A DNA stretch of 64,000 bases. Source: Octopus vulgaris. Taxonomy: Eukaryota. Positions within the stretch are counted from its first letter, which is position 1; every line of letters starts with the position of its first letter. Made by a program: the position numbers and the translations under genes. The notes beneath the pieces are model-generated. The model was not told the DNA's origin and did not search any database. It worked only from the letters and a program-made list of their open reading frames with translations. Positions 62,520 through 64,000 of this stretch are shown piece after piece. The stretch is taken from contig OX597820.1 in NCBI GenBank assembly GCA_951406725.2, forward strand, positions 108,252,001-108,316,000, written 5' to 3'.

Positions 62520-64000
62520 TCGATTTGGGGCAGAACTTAGTTATGAAATATTTTTCCATATTCCTCCTGAAGGAGGAGTCATTCTTTGGACATTTGTAGA
62601 AGGGAAAGATCTTAAATTTTCCTTGTCCACATGTATCTAGGTGTTTACTCAGTGGTATCTTGCGCAGTTCCTCCTGTTGGACATGTTGTCAGTGAATCCT
62701 GGCTCGTTGGCATAAAGAATTTCCAGTTTCAGCTATATAATCCTCCTTGCACATGGGGCAGGTTATGCAGTATATTACATTCTGCGTTTTGCAGTTCATA
62801 TCTGCATTTATTTTAAATATGTGACCACTTTTAAATTTCATTTCTTTGTCTCCCTCTATGTATTTGTAGGTGGGGTTACTGCAGATCCCACACCTATCAT
62901 CTCTGCACTCTTTTACAAAGAATTCAGTTTTAGTTTCTGAAGAGAATTTCGCTCTTGTTAGATGTTTCTTTAGGTTTTTGTCTTGTCGTCTACTGTTTTT
63001 TATGCAATATTTATTTAGTATGTTTTCCATTTTGGGGCTTTCTAAGGCTATTGGCAGGTTTGAATGTATGATTTGGAACATGTTGGAAACTCCAGGGTTG
63101 TGTGTGTTTATGAAAGGGATAATGTTTTCTTTGTTTTTTGCTTTGGGTGTCCTGAGTTGTGCGATGTCTAGTTTCATTGCTCTTGTGATTCCATTTTCTA
63201 TTAGTTTAAGGGCGTATTTTTGCTCTAGCTGGAAGTTTTAAGTTCATCTAGCCTTATTAGTCGTGTTTGTGAGTCAGTTACTATGCTGTATATGCGTCTT
63301 GCCATACTATATGGGATGTTTCTTTTTGTGTGGGATGGGTGGCATGAGTGGAAATTTAAATATTGGTGTGTGTCAGTTTTTTTGTAGTGGATGTCTGTTG
63401 TGATGATGGAGTTGTGTATTTTGATGTTGATGTCTAGGAAGGAAGTTCGTTGTGGCTGGTATCTATTGTGAAGTTGATAGATGGATGCAGCGTATTGAGG
63501 ATGTTGTGGAATGTTTGTAGGTCTTCTTCTGATCTGTTCCAAAAGATGAAGCAGTCATCGAGGTAGCGTTTCCACTTTTTCTTAATGTCTTCCCTAAAGT
63601 CGTGTTCGAAGACTTTCCCTATTTCATCGTATAGTTTGTTCTCCAGGAAACCCATCACCAAGTTGGTATATGAAGGTGTGAATTTTGTACCCATAGCCGT
63701 GCCCTTTATCTGTTGGTATGTCTTGTTGAATGAGAACGTATTTCCTTTGAGTATTAATTGGGTGGCTTGGGTGATAAAGTCTGTCTTGAAACGTTCGTCT
63801 ATGAGTTCCCTGTATTTTTTTTACCGATTGTCTTATTGCTTTCAGACCTAGGGTGTGTGGTATGTTTGTGTATAGATTTGTGACATCGAAGCTTGCAAGT
63901 ATGGTGTTTTTCGGGACTGTATTTGGAATGTGTGTGAGGAAGTCTATGTCATCCTATATGTAGCTTGGTATCTGTGGGCATAAAGGTTTGAGGAGTACAT
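62520..64000 (-). mobile_element. Penelope-like element (RT plus GIY-YIG), frameshifted, running off the window edge
   Basis: GTAMGTKFTPSYTNLVMG, WKRYLDDCF, FLDINI, YLNFHSCHP and NVIYCITCPMCKEDYIAETG in ORFs 63434-63694, 63225-63542 and 62689-63177. Confidence 0.95.

Overview
AT-rich, repeat-dominated animal genomic DNA. The tRNA-SINE families, (GAT)n-tailed RTE LINEs, Penelope elements and (AT/GT)n microsatellites suggest an octopus or other coleoid cephalopod; this is inferred from the repeat content only. Two host-gene pieces are recognisable. One is the 31-nt first coding exon of PPIE/Cyp33 (minus, 7582-7612; too short for the ORF track) next to a CpG-rich promoter. The other is an intact, intronless, divergent hnRNP A/B-like gene (minus, 29682-30671) with an Asn/Trp-repeat low-complexity tail and a CCAAT+CRE promoter. 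The rest is mostly nested transposon debris: a fossil Ty3/Gypsy element split by three insertions, RTE LINEs with an internal PHD finger, two CR1-group LINEs, a Helitron helicase remnant, a mariner fossil, MITEs and several Penelope fragments. Some Penelope termini carry minimal hammerhead-ribozyme-like motifs. There are also long and nested inverted repeats and a 156-bp tandem array. Boundaries of degenerate repeats are approximate (tens of bp), and no computation or database search was run.
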